Positions 40,846-52,257 of a stretch of 64,000 nucleotides of DNA are shown here, piece after piece. Both the position numbers and the translations under genes were made by a program. This stretch comes from an uncultured delta proteobacterium. GTDB lineage: Bacteria > Desulfobacterota > Binatia > UBA9968. The notes below the pieces were generated by a model. It saw only the letters and a program-made list of their open reading frames with translations. It did not search any database and was not told the DNA's origin. How positions within the stretch are numbered: the stretch's first letter is position 1; every line of letters starts with the position of its first letter. The stretch is from assembly GCA_963847445.1 (NCBI GenBank), contig CAWJZV010000046.1, positions 96,001 through 160,000 on the forward strand, written 5' to 3'.

Positions 40846-41780
40846 ATGCTGGTGTTTCTCACTCTCAGCGCGCCGGTTCAGGCGGCGGATAAGATCAGAA
40901 TCTCCATGACCGGCTTCGCCGGCCAGTTCATGACCTTTCCGCTGGCGCAGAAGCGCGGCTTTCTCAAAGAAGAAGGCGTCGAGGCTGAGATCGTTCGCAT
41001 CTCGGCGGCCGCCGGCCGGGCGGCGTTGACCAACGGTGATATAGATTATTCGACGGGGATAGGCGGGACGGCAATCAATGGCGCGCTCAGCGGCATTCCG
41101 ATTAGAGTCGTTGCCTGCTTTGTTCCCGCGCCGGTGCTCGGCTTGGTGGCGCGGCCCGAATTCAAAACCGTGCAGGCGCTCAAAGGCAAGACGATCGCAA
41201 TTCTGATCCCTGGCGGTGTCGCGCATTTTGCCGCGCGGGCGATGGTCAGACATGTCGGTCTCGATCCGGAAAAGGAAATGAAGTATCTCGCCGTCGGGCC
41301 GCCTGATGCCCGTTACGCCGCGTTGACTCAGGGTTTGGTCGAGGCGGCGATACTCGGGCCGCCGCTCGACTTCGAGGCGCGCAAGCAGGGTTACAATATT
41401 CTCGTCGCGGGCCGACGAAGTGATGGTTCTCCCAGAGACCGGCTTGGTCACCGGCGTCAAGAAAATTCAATGACAAGCCCGATGAGATCAAGCGCGTTAT
41501 TCGCGCCGGCATCAAAGCCAATCGTTACATTCGCGCCAATCGCGATGGCACGGTTCAGTTCTTGACGGAGTGGCTCAAGCTTAATCGAGAATCTGCCGCG
41601 GCGACCTACGATAGCGTCGTTCGGGTTTATAACGAAGACGTCAACGTCTGCGACAAAGGGCTACGCGTGGTGATCGACGAGACCAAGAAAACCATGAAGC
41701 TCAGCCGCGATGTCCCTTACAGCGAGGTCGCCGACCTGTCGATTTTCCGGGACACTCAGCGGGAGTCGGCGGCCAGATAG
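40846..41780 (+). CDS. ABC-type substrate-binding protein, NMT1/SsuA family (frameshifts near 41410-41470); tandem paralog of the previous gene
   Basis: KRGFLKEEGV, ALTNGDIDY, IRAGIKANRY, ADLSIFRD; start uncertain. Confidence 0.78.
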
Positions 41781-41846
41781 CAAATAGCGGCGTTTGAGCT
41801 TGGCAGTGACAACTACCGTGCGCAGGAATCGACGAAAGGAATTAGC

Positions 41847-42671
41847 ATGATCTCGAATAACTTGATTCGATTAGTAGCCGTGGTCGGGTTTTTCTTATTG
41901 TTGGCGGTCGCCAAGCCATTCGTAATCGTGCGCGCGGGCACGGTCGGAGTGGTTTACAGCTTTGGTTCCATCGTCGGCCAGGTGGACGAGGGCTTTCACC
42001 TCATCTGGCCGTGGTGGTTCATCACCCACACGGATATCAAAGTGCAGAGAGCGGTGTTGGATAAATTGCCGTCCTTTAGCGCGGAGACTCAAGATGTCTT
42101 CGTCAGAGCCAGCCTGAACTATCAGGTGTCCCCGAAGGCGGTTCAGACTTTGTTCCGCACCGTTGGGCCGGATTATTTTCATGTGCTGATCGAGCCGCGC
42201 GTGGCGCAAAATTTCAAGGACGAAACGGTTAAGTATAAGAGCGTCGACATCGCGCCAAACCGGGAAAAGATCCGGCAGGCGGTGCGGCAACGACTCGAGG
42301 CCGAACTTTCACCGTACTCGATCCATATTATCGACTTGCTGCTCGATAACGTGGATTTTAGCGCCGCCTTCAAACAATCCATTGAGAACAAACAAATCGC
42401 CACGCAGAAGGCGCTTGAGCAAGAGCAGTTGGTCTCTGCGGCTAAGTTTTCCGCGCAACAACGCGTCGAGACCGAAAAGGGCGAAGGCGAGGCTAAGCTA
42501 GCACGGGCTGAGAAGGAAGCGCTGGCCAACCAAAGATTGTCGGCGTCGCTGACGCCGTTGCTCGTCCAGCACGAGATGATCGACAAGTTGTCTGAGAAAA
42601 TCCAAATCATGGTTGTGCCGCAAGGATCGAATTTTCTTATGCAGTTGCCAAATGTCGCGGCACTGAAATGA
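41847..42671 (+). CDS. SPFH/band 7 (prohibitin) family protein
   Basis: N-terminal TM, VGVVYSFG, EGFHLIWPW, C-terminal coiled coil. Confidence 0.88.
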   Translation: MISNNLIRLVAVVGFFLLLAVAKPFVIVRAGTVGVVYSFGSIVGQVDEGFHLIWPWWFITHTDIKVQRAVLDKLPSFSAETQDVFVRASLNYQVSPKAVQTLFRTVGPDYFHVLIEPRVAQNFKDETVKYKSVDIAPNREKIRQAVRQRLEAELSPYSIHIIDLLLDNVDFSAAFKQSIENKQIATQKALEQEQLVSAAKFSAQQRVETEKGEGEAKLARAEKEALANQRLSASLTPLLVQHEMIDKLSEKIQIMVVPQGSNFLMQLPNVAALK

Positions 42672-42689
42672 ATAGATTGAGGAGAAGCG

Positions 42690-43481
<792 letters not shown>

Positions 43482-43727
43482 CTGCGGGTTCCATCGACAC
43501 CGGGCGAATTGGCAGGCGAATATGAGAGACCAAGCGATCGTCTTTCAGCCCGGCGAAGGCGATTTCATGATATCCATGTCGGAATCGATGCTCTTAAAGC
43601 CGGTGTTTACAATTCAACTTCGCGCCGATCGTGTTCAAGACTGGCTTGGGATGACATTGGGACTTAAGTCTGTCGATAACGCTCTGTCAATAATCCAACC
43701 GCGAATGTTGGACGGCCAGACCTTAAC

Positions 43728-43756
43728 TTGACAAGGCTAGGGGTGGGTATTACAGT
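43728..43756 (+). promoter_or_regulatory. Sigma-70-type promoter
   Basis: TTGACA - 17 nt - TACAGT. Confidence 0.65.
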
Positions 43757-43858
43757 TTAATGCGAGTTTTACTTCTAAATCGTAACTGTTTTGCAAGCCA
43801 GTTTGATGATCGATTTTACCGTGCCAAAACTTAAATAGCCCGAGTATTTCAGCAGTTC

Positions 43859-43910
43859 GCCTGGAAATCCGCGTTTATATATACGCGGGGTTGGTTTCCA
43901 GGCTTTTTTC
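43859..43910 (+). terminator. Terminator-like hairpin in the leader of DUF1844-degP
   Basis: GCCTGGAAA..CCGCGT(ttatatat)ACGCGG..TTTCCAGGC followed by TTTTTT. Confidence 0.6.
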
Positions 43911-43934
43911 TCTAAGGGTCGGGGGAGTAGAGAA

Positions 43935-44370
43935 ATGGCTCCAGAAGAAGAAAAGCAAGAAAGCAAAGGATTCACGGTACAGGATCGCCGGCGCTTCTCG
44001 CCGGAGACCGGCGAAGCGCGAGAGGACACGGCAGAAGCGCAGGAGGCGGCGAATCAAGCATCGCAGCAGAGCACTGCCGCACAGGAGCGTGTGGATGGTG
44101 CCGTCTCAGGCCAATGCTCTACCTGAAATCGATTTTTCTACCTTTGTCATTAGCTTGAGCACTCAGGTGTTGATGCACTTGGGCGAAATCGCCAACCCGG
44201 CCAGCGGCAAGGTTGAAGCCGACATTAGCGTGGCCAAGCAGGTGATCGATATCTTGGCCATGTTGTCTGATAAAACCCGCGGCAACTTGAACGCTAACGA
44301 GGCACAGTTGATGGAAGGTATTCTTTTTGATTTGCGCATGAAGTATGTCGAAGCGGTGAAAAATCGATAG
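43935..44370 (+). CDS. DUF1844 domain protein (frameshift near 44105)
   Basis: GFTVQDRRRF N-terminus; LPEIDFSTF..LMHLG..AKQVIDIL..KTRGNL..LRMKYV. Confidence 0.8.
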
Positions 44371-44378
44371 GAGTGGGG

Positions 44379-45878
44379 ATGGAACCGGAAAGTAAGCGGG
44401 GCGGCAACATTAGTTTCAAGGGCGCGATTTTAGTCGCCCTGGTTTCGCTGGTGATAGGACTCGGCATAAGCGGCAGCCTCGACTGGTTGTCGCCCGGCCG
44501 TGCGGTTAATTTTTTAGGCGACGCGGGTTCTCCTGAGTCGCGCCTATCGGGTGGCCTGCCGGACTTCGTCTCACTCGCGAAAATGATGAAGCCCCTGGTG
44601 GTCAATATTTCCACGACGCAAGTCAGCGAAGGCCGCGGTGGCGGCCAGGAGTTTGGTAGCCCATTTGGCGGAGAAGACGATCAGTTCAACGATTTCTGGA
44701 AACGTTTTTTCGGCGGGCCGCAGCCGCGCGGGCCGCAGCGCCAACGCAGCCTCGGCTCGGGATTCATCATCGATGGCGACGGTTCGATATTGACCAACAA
44801 TCATGTGGTCGAGAATGCTTCAAAGATCGTCGTGAAACTTTCCGACGATCAAGAATACGAAGCCAAAGTCATCGGGAGAGACGCCAAGACCGACATCGCC
44901 GTGATCAAGATCAACGCCAAGTCGTCATTGCCGGCGGCGAATTTTGGCGATTCCGATATGCTCGAAGTCGGCGAGTGGGTGGTTGCCATCGGCAACCCAT
45001 TCGGCTTGGACAGCACGGTGACGTCAGGCATTGTCAGCGCCAAAGGCCGGCATATCGGCCAAGGGCCTTACGACAATTTTATTCAGACCGATGCTTCGAT
45101 CAATCCGGGAAACTCAGGCGGACCCTTGATCAACTTGCGCGGCGAGATTGTCGGTATCAATACCGCGATTTTCAGCCGCACCGGCGGCAACATGGGCATC
45201 GGCTTCGCCATCCCGATCAATTTGGTCAAAGAGCTACTGCCGCAACTGCGTGGCAAAGGCAAAGTCACCCGCGGCTTCTTGGGCGTGTTGATCCAAAAGG
45301 TCACTCCGGAGATCGCCGAAAGTCTTGCCTTGGAGAAAGCTCAGGGCGCGTTGGTCGCCAATGTCTCGAAGGATGGGCCGGCCGATAAGGCTGGCGTCAA
45401 AGTCGGTGATGTGATCATCGAGTTCGACGGCAAGGAAGTGAAAGACTCGGGCGATTTGCCGATCATCGTCGCGCGCACACAGGTGGACAAAAAAGTGCGC
45501 ATGAAAGTGGTACGCGACAAAAAGGAAATGGTGCTCGGCGTCGCCGTCGGCGAACTCAAGGATGAAGAAGTGGTCGCCGCGGCGCCGGAGAAGGGTGAGC
45601 TCGGCCTCACCGTGCAGCGGTTGACGCCGCAAATGGCGGAAAGCTTAGGTTTGGAAAAATCCGAAGGCGTGGTGGTTTCGGCGGTGGAGCCGGGTAGTGC
45701 CGCCGATGACGCCGGGATTCGGCGTGGCGATGTGCTCATGGAAATCGACCGCCGGCCGGTCCGCACTCTCGATGAATATCGTAAAATGGTCGCCGAGATC
45801 AAAAAGGGCCGAGGGGTGTTGTTCCTGGTGCGGCGCGGCGAAAGCACCTTATTCTTGGCCTTGAAACCGCAGCGCTGA
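44379..45878 (+). CDS. degP: HtrA/Do serine protease with two PDZ domains
   Basis: GSGFII, TNNHVV, DIAVIK, QTDASINPGNSGG, two PDZ domains. Confidence 0.92.
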   Translation: MEPESKRGGNISFKGAILVALVSLVIGLGISGSLDWLSPGRAVNFLGDAGSPESRLSGGLPDFVSLAKMMKPLVVNISTTQVSEGRGGGQEFGSPFGGEDDQFNDFWKRFFGGPQPRGPQRQRSLGSGFIIDGDGSILTNNHVVENASKIVVKLSDDQEYEAKVIGRDAKTDIAVIKINAKSSLPAANFGDSDMLEVGEWVVAIGNPFGLDSTVTSGIVSAKGRHIGQGPYDNFIQTDASINPGNSGGPLINLRGEIVGINTAIFSRTGGNMGIGFAIPINLVKELLPQLRGKGKVTRGFLGVLIQKVTPEIAESLALEKAQGALVANVSKDGPADKAGVKVGDVIIEFDGKEVKDSGDLPIIVARTQVDKKVRMKVVRDKKEMVLGVAVGELKDEEVVAAAPEKGELGLTVQRLTPQMAESLGLEKSEGVVVSAVEPGSAADDAGIRRGDVLMEIDRRPVRTLDEYRKMVAEIKKGRGVLFLVRRGESTLFLALKPQR

Positions 45879-45995
45879 GCAAAATTGTCAGCGTTGGATA
45901 ACTTTCCGAGGGCGTGGCTTGTCGCCAGCCGTCATTTTATTGCTTTTGCCGATTCGTCTGCGCCAAGATTCAAGGGTGAATTGGGAGCATTGGAT

Positions 45996-48183
45996 TTGAA
46001 GAAGTTTACGCTTCGAATCTTCAGCATCGGTCTTATCGTTCTTTTGGTCATCACCACCACGGGTCTAGTCGCGGGCGCGTGGTTTCTCAAGGACTGGGAA
46101 GACAAGGTCACCAAGAAATTCGAAGGGCGTAAATGGGATTTCGCCTCGAAAATCTATTCCGATAGTTACCATCTTTACGTCGGCTTCAATTTGCCGCTGC
46201 GCGATTTCACCGAAAAGTTGCGCCGTTTGGGTTACTATGAAACCGCGGTTCCGCCCAGGACGCAAGGCGCCTACCGGGTTAACTCAGCCGACGGTTCCGT
46301 CGAGCTTTTCCTCCATGATTTCGAATTCCCGACAGAAAAGGTCAAAGGTTATCCTGTCCGTCTGTGGTTCCAGGGCAACGTTTTAACCCGCATCGAAAAG
46401 CTCTCCGATAACACCGAGAAGTTCGATCTCGAACTCGAACCGGAAGTGGTTACCGGCTTGTATCAGCGGATTTGGCAAGAACGCCGGGTTGTCAAGTTGA
46501 CTGAAGTCCCACCGCTGCTGATCAAATCGATCCTCGCCATAGAAGACGAACGGTTTTTTAGCCATATGGGCGTCGATCCCGTCGGCATCCTGCGCGCGAT
46601 GTTGGTCAATGTGCGCTATTTGAGCCTGCAACAGGGCGGCAGCACCTTGACCCAACAGTTGATGAAAAATTTTCTGCTCAGCGACGAGCGTACATTGAGC
46701 CGTAAGTTCCCCGAAGCGGTGATGGCGCTCATCGCCGAGCGCAAGTACTCCAAAGAAACCATTTTGGAGAATTACTTAAACGAGATCTACTTGGGCCAGC
46801 GCGGCTCGCAGGGGGTATTCGGGGTCTGGGAAGCGGCGCAATTTTATTATTCCAAGCCGCTGGCGGAACTTTCCGTGGGCGAAACCGCCTTGCTCGCCGG
46901 TCTGATTCGCGCGCCCAATCGTTTGTCGCCCTATCGTAACGCCGAGGCCGCGACCAAGCGGCGCAATGTGGTTTTGGCTAAACTGCTCGACGATAATGTC
47001 ATCACCAAGAAACAGTACGACGCGGCGCATAAAGAGAAATTGCCGCAGCGAGCTTTGGTGAAGGTGACTAACGAAGCGCCGTTCTACGTCGATTATCTGC
47101 GCCGGGAACTCGACCAGAATTATCCGAAAGACGTCTTGGAAAAGGATGGACTGCGGATTTTCACCGGTCTCGATTTGCGCCTGCAGAAGATCGCCGAGAA
47201 GGCTTTAAGCGAAGGTTTGACCAAGCTGGAATCGTCCCATCCGGCGCTGAAGAAGAAAAGCGCCGAAGAAGGTTTGGAAGGCGCCATCGTCGTGATTCGG
47301 CCGCAGACGGGCGAAATCAAAGCGATGGTCGGCGGGCGAAACTATCAGAAATCGCAGTTCAACCGAGTCTTTCAAGCCAAGCGTCAGGCCGGCTCGGTGT
47401 TCAAACCGTTCGTTTTTCTCGCCGCGTTTATGCACGGCGGGCAAAGCGGCATGCAGTACTTTTCCGATACGGTGGTGAATGACAGCCAGTTTACCTGGTC
47501 CTATGATGGCGGGACAGTCGTGGCAGCCGAATAATTATAATAACGACTATTATGGCGCCGTCACGGTGCGCCGGGCATTGGAGAGTTCGCTCAATTCCGC
47601 CACTGCACGGGTCGCTCAAGATGTCGGTATCCGGCGCGTGCGCGATGTCGCGCGGCGTTTGGGCATCGAGAGTTCGTTGCCGGCAGTGCCGTCGCTTTCC
47701 CTCGGTTCGGCCGAAGTGACGCCCCTCGAAGTCGCCGTGGCGTTTTCGACTTTAGCCAACGGTGGCGTGCGGGCGCGCTCCGTGGCGGTGAAACATGTCA
47801 TGGATCAGAACACCAAAGCTTTGGAAAAGCGCGACGTCAAATTGGAACAGGTAATTAGCCCGAGTTTGGCCTATACGATGAATCAACTTCTAATGGGTGT
47901 GATGGACCGCGGTACCGGCGCACAGGCGCGCCGCTGGGGATTCACCCGGCCGGCGGCGGGTAAAACAGGTACAACCAATGACTACAAAGATGCCTGGTTC
48001 GTCGGCTACACGCCGGAGCTGCTCGCGGTGGTCTGGGTCGGTTACGATGGTCCGGCGAAGATCGGTCTCTCTGGCGCCGAGGCGGCGCTGCCGATTTGGA
48101 CGGAATTCATGAAGGCCGCCACCGCCAGTATGCCGGTGACCGATTTCGTGCCACCGCCGTGCGTCGCGGAGCGAGACCCCTGA
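45996..48183 (+). CDS. mrcB: Class A penicillin-binding protein 1B (frameshift near 47510)
   Basis: TM, UB2H-like domain, EDERF..H.GVD, GGSTLTQQL, SVFK, SLN, GKTGT. Confidence 0.88.
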
Positions 48184-48301
48184 GACGCCCACGGAAAAAT
48201 GCGGCCCGTTGACCCGCGAAGGCGAGCCGCCGGGCGAGCCCTGTCCCACGCCAGCAAAGCCCGCGGAGCCGGCATAAGAGCTATTGGCGCCGAAAACTTT
48301 C

Positions 48302-49082
48302 ATGCAGCTGCTTAAATATTGCATGCTTGCGCTGGTGATTGTCGTGGCGGCGAGCTGCGCGCCGCAGCGAACTTATCGTGTGCCGATACCGCCAAGTGGC
48401 GCTCCGCCATCGAGTGCGCGGGTTCCGCCAGCGCCGCCGGCTCCGGTCGCGCCGCCGGCGCCGCCCATGGAACCCGTGCGCAAACCGGTGCCACAGGAGG
48501 GAAAAATCCGCGAGCAAGATATTCGCGCTAAATCCCCTACGCCGGCGCCGGCGTCTAAGGACGTGAAGGATCCGGCAAGCAGGCGAGCGTCAGCGAGCCG
48601 CGCAGTCGAGCGAAGCTACGTCCGCGCCAACCGCGCCGCCGCTCGCCGACGATAGTTCTTTGCTGGCGAAAATCACCCCAGGGGTATCGCCGCAACGGGC
48701 CGCCTCTTTGCGGGTCACCGATGAGGGGCGCAAACTACTCGATGCCGGCGAGCCGGCGAAGGCGATGAGCCGTTTGGAGCGGACCATCGTGATCGATTCG
48801 ACCAACGGTTACGGCTACTTTTATTTAGCCAAGGCGCAGTATCGCCTGGGCCATTATCAGGAATCGCTTAACCTCCTCGAAGTGGCCCAGTCGCGTCTCA
48901 GTGGCGAGCTGTTTTGGCTCGCCGAAGTCCACGCCCTGCGCGGTGAGAATTATCGCGCCCTCGGCCAAGCGCCGAGAGCGGAAGCGAGCTACCATCAGTC
49001 TTTGCGACTCAATTCCGGTAATCGAACCGCCAGCGATGGGCTCGCCCGCATGACCGGCGAGACTCCGGCCGCTGCGAAGTAG
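48302..49082 (+). CDS. Lipoprotein with Pro-rich linker and C-terminal TPR domain (LpoP-like; frameshifted near 48600-48650)
   Basis: Lipobox VAASC, long Pro/Ala linker, TPR helices (LERTIVIDSTNGYGYFYLAKA); directly after mrcB. Confidence 0.65.
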
Positions 49083-49094
49083 GGACAATCATTT

Positions 49095-50094
49095 ATGTTG
49101 GTTCTAGGAGTGGAAACTTCTTGCGACGACACCGCCGCCGCGCTCTTGCAGGATGGTAAGACGATCCTCGCCAATATTGTCTCGTCGCAGGATGGCGTCC
49201 ATGGGCCCTATGGCGGCGTGGTGCCGGAACTGGCTTCGCGCCAGCATATGCCAGAATATCTTGCCGATCGTCGACGGCGCCTTGAAAAACGCCGGCGCGA
49301 CCTTGGCCGATGTCGATGGCTTCGCGGTGACCTACGGACCTGGGCTGGTGGGATCTTTGCTGGTCGGCATGTCGCTGGTCAAGGGCATGTCGTTTCGCAG
49401 CGGAATTCCGTTCGTCGGCGTCAATCATCTCGAAGCCCACCTGCTGGCGATCCACTTAGAACATGACGTGGCATTCCCTTACATCGCGCTGCTCGCCTCC
49501 GGCGGCCACACGCTGCTGTACCATGTCAGAGCTGTCGGCAGGTATACTCATCTTGGCGGCACCCGCGACGACGCCGCCGGCGAGGCCTTCGACAAGGTGG
49601 CGAAAATGATGGGGCTGGGTTATCCCGGCGGCCGGATCATCGACAACTTGGCAAAGACAGGCAATCCCAAGGCGGTGCGATTTCCGCGGGCGCGACTCAA
49701 GAACTGCCCCTATGCGTTTAGTTTCAGCGGCATCAAAACCGCGGCGTGGCATTATCTCAAAGAGCAGGGGGCGGCGCAGTGGCAAGCGCGCCAGGCCGAT
49801 ATCGCTGCCAGTTTCCAGGAGGCGGTTGTCGATATGTTGGTCAATCCGACTATCAGAGCGGCGACCGCCAACGGCGCGGCGCGCATCGTTCTGTCAGGCG
49901 GGGTTGCCGCCAATAGCCGGCTGCGCGCCAAGATGACCGAAATAGCCGCTAGCGAAGGCATGCAAGTCTTCTGTCCCGCGCCGAAGTTTTGCACCGACAA
50001 CGGCGCGATGATCGCGCTCGCCGGCTATCACTGGCTTCAGCGTGGCCGGCGCGACGGCTACGATCTAAACGCCGACGCCGATCTGACGCTGTAA
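49095..50094 (+). CDS. tsaD: tRNA N6-adenosine threonylcarbamoyltransferase (frameshift near 49250)
   Basis: [51 protein letters not shown]. Confidence 0.93.
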
Positions 50095-50129
50095 TTCCTC
50101 CTAGCATTGAGTTCTGAAAGTTGCCGAGG

Positions 50130-50996
50130 ATGCCGACCCTCTATGAAGAAGTGCGCGCCCTGCTGCGCGATAGCGAGTTTCGTCCGCGCAAGAGCCGCGG
50201 GCAGAACTTTCTGATTCATGAACATGTCGTCGAAGCGATCCTGCGCTTGCTCGATTTGCAGCCGGATGACGAAGTCGTCGAGGTCGGCCCGGGGTTGGGA
50301 TTTCTCACGCGGCGCCTGGTCGAGCGCGCGCAAGCCGTGTGGGCGGTGGAGATCGACGAGCTCTTGGCGCAACGCTTGCGCGCCGGCGAGCTCGGCGCAA
50401 GCTCCAGGTTTCATCTGATTTATGGCGATATTCTCAATGTGGCATTGCCGGACATTGTTGCCGAATGTAAAAATGAAACTCGCCGGCAATCTGCCTTACA
50501 ACATAGCCACCGAGGTGTTGTTTCGGATCTTCGATTGGCATGAGCATTTCAGTTCCCTCGTGTTGATGGTGCAAAAGGAAGTCGCCGACCGCATCGCCAG
50601 CGCTCCAGGTTCGAAATCCTACGGCACGCTGTCGGTGTGGTGCCAGGTGCATGGCCGTGTCAGCGAGAAAATAAACGTCTCGCCGGAGGCCTTTTATCCA
50701 CGTCCCAAGGTGCGCTCGACGATACTAAAAATCGAGCTGTTGCCCGAGCCGCGAGTGACCGATGAGAATCTCCCGGTGCTCAAAGGTTTGGTGCGCGCCG
50801 CCTTCGGCCAACGCCGCAAGACCCTGAGCAATGCCGTCGGCGCTTGGCTCAGCGCGCGAACGCGATGCAGTCGACGGCCTCCTGGCGGCCCACGATGTCG
50901 ATCCCAGACGGCGCGGTGAAACCCTCAGCGTCGATGAATTTATCAAACTGGCGCGAAGCGATTCGCGTCAGCGGATTGCTGCCGGCTAGTAATTGA
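50130..50996 (+). CDS. rsmA: 16S rRNA adenine dimethyltransferase (frameshifts)
   Basis: GQNFL, EVGPGLG, GNLPYNI, MVQKEVA, FYPRPKVRS, AFGQRRKTL. Confidence 0.9.
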
Positions 50997-51049
50997 AGTT
51001 TGTACCGGTTGTTAGTATGCATTGATAGTTTCCGTGCCATTTTGTATTA

Positions 51050-51132
51050 TTCACCGCGAAGGCACGAAGGACACGAAGGGTTCGGGTGATTAGCGTTCCG
51101 AACTTCGTGATCTTCGTGTCCTTCGTGGTGAA
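51050..51132. repeat. Palindromic element with CACGAAG(G) tandem units (second copy)
   Basis: TTCACCGCGAAGGCACGAAGGACACGAAGG..CCGAACTTCGTGATCTTCGTGTCCTTCGTGGTGAA. Confidence 0.85.
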
Positions 51133-51188
51133 AATTCGTTCACAGTAAAGCCGGAATAATCATAACCAAATCCTAGCGACTCACTGCC

Positions 51189-52010
51189 ATGCCCGAACTC
51201 CCCGAAGTCGAAACCGTCTGCCGCAGTTTGCGGCCCCATCTGCTCGGCCGCAGGATCGAGGCAGTCGACGTGCGCGAGCGCCGGCTGCGTGTGCCGGTGG
51301 ATATTCTACGAGTCGAGCGCTTGGCCGGTAAACGGATCGAGTCGGTTGACCGAGTAGCCAAATATATTTTGCTGCGTCTGACCGGCGCATCCGTGTGGCT
51401 GTTTCATCTGGGCATGTCGGGTAAACTGATCTGCGCGGCCAAGAACACCCCACGCCAGAAGCACGATCATATCGTCGTCGATTTAGATGACGGCGCGCAG
51501 CTGCGTTACCATGACCCGCGCCGATTCGGACTTGCCATCGTGAGTCACGCGGATGAGCTTGGCGAATTGTCCCAGTTGCGCCGTCTCGGTGTGGATCCCT
51601 TCGCTGAGACGCTCACCGGCGAGTATCTGTTCAGTTTCACGCGCGCCTCCGAGCGGCGCATTCGCGATCTCTTGCTCGATCAGCAGATCGTCGCCGGGCT
51701 CGGCAATATTTACGCTAACGAAGTGCTGGCGATGGTGCGGGTCAAGCCGACGACGCGCGCCTGGCGGCTGACGCGCAAGCAGGTGGGGATGATCGCCGCG
51801 GCGATTCCGGAACTACTCTATGACGCGATTCAATGGTGCGGCACGTCGTTCTCGGACTATCGCGACGCCGACGATAAGTCCGGCGAATTTCAGAATCATC
51901 TGCGTGTCTACGATCGCCAGGGTGAACCCTGCCGGATTTGCCCCGGCACGATCAAACGAGTCGCCATCGGCAACCGCAGTGCTTTTTATTGTCCGACATG
52001 TCAGAAATGA
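51189..52010 (+). CDS. mutM: Formamidopyrimidine-DNA glycosylase
   Basis: MPELPEVE, HLGMSG, DPRRFG, GLGNIYANE, C-terminal C4 zinc finger. Confidence 0.95.
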   Translation: MPELPEVETVCRSLRPHLLGRRIEAVDVRERRLRVPVDILRVERLAGKRIESVDRVAKYILLRLTGASVWLFHLGMSGKLICAAKNTPRQKHDHIVVDLDDGAQLRYHDPRRFGLAIVSHADELGELSQLRRLGVDPFAETLTGEYLFSFTRASERRIRDLLLDQQIVAGLGNIYANEVLAMVRVKPTTRAWRLTRKQVGMIAAAIPELLYDAIQWCGTSFSDYRDADDKSGEFQNHLRVYDRQGEPCRICPGTIKRVAIGNRSAFYCPTCQK

Positions 52011-52075
52011 AAGATTTGTTCATGATCCACGCTTGGGGTGGGCGAAATCCCCCGCGCATCCGTTGCCAAGCAAAT

Positions 52076-52213
52076 TCGTCATACCGGCCCTTCGACGGCG
52101 CTCAGGGTAAACTCCAGCCGGTATCCAGACGCATCATCAACCTGGATACCGTTTTGCAACGGTATGACGATCGCTGTCCGCCACCTGGGTTCCGGCTTTC
52201 GGCACAGTGACGG
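52076..52213. repeat. Composite intergenic inverted repeat (GTCATACCG..CGGTATGAC type) with an internal insertion
   Basis: TCGTCATACCG/CGGTATGACGA outer pair, GGTATCCAG/CTGGATACC inner pair, inserted CCCTTCGACGGCGCTCAGGG, and a degenerate extra arm at 52185-52213. Confidence 0.65.
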
Positions 52214-52257
52214 AGCGTTTAAAGCGTTCTGTAAATTCCGAGTTCGCACAATGTTGC

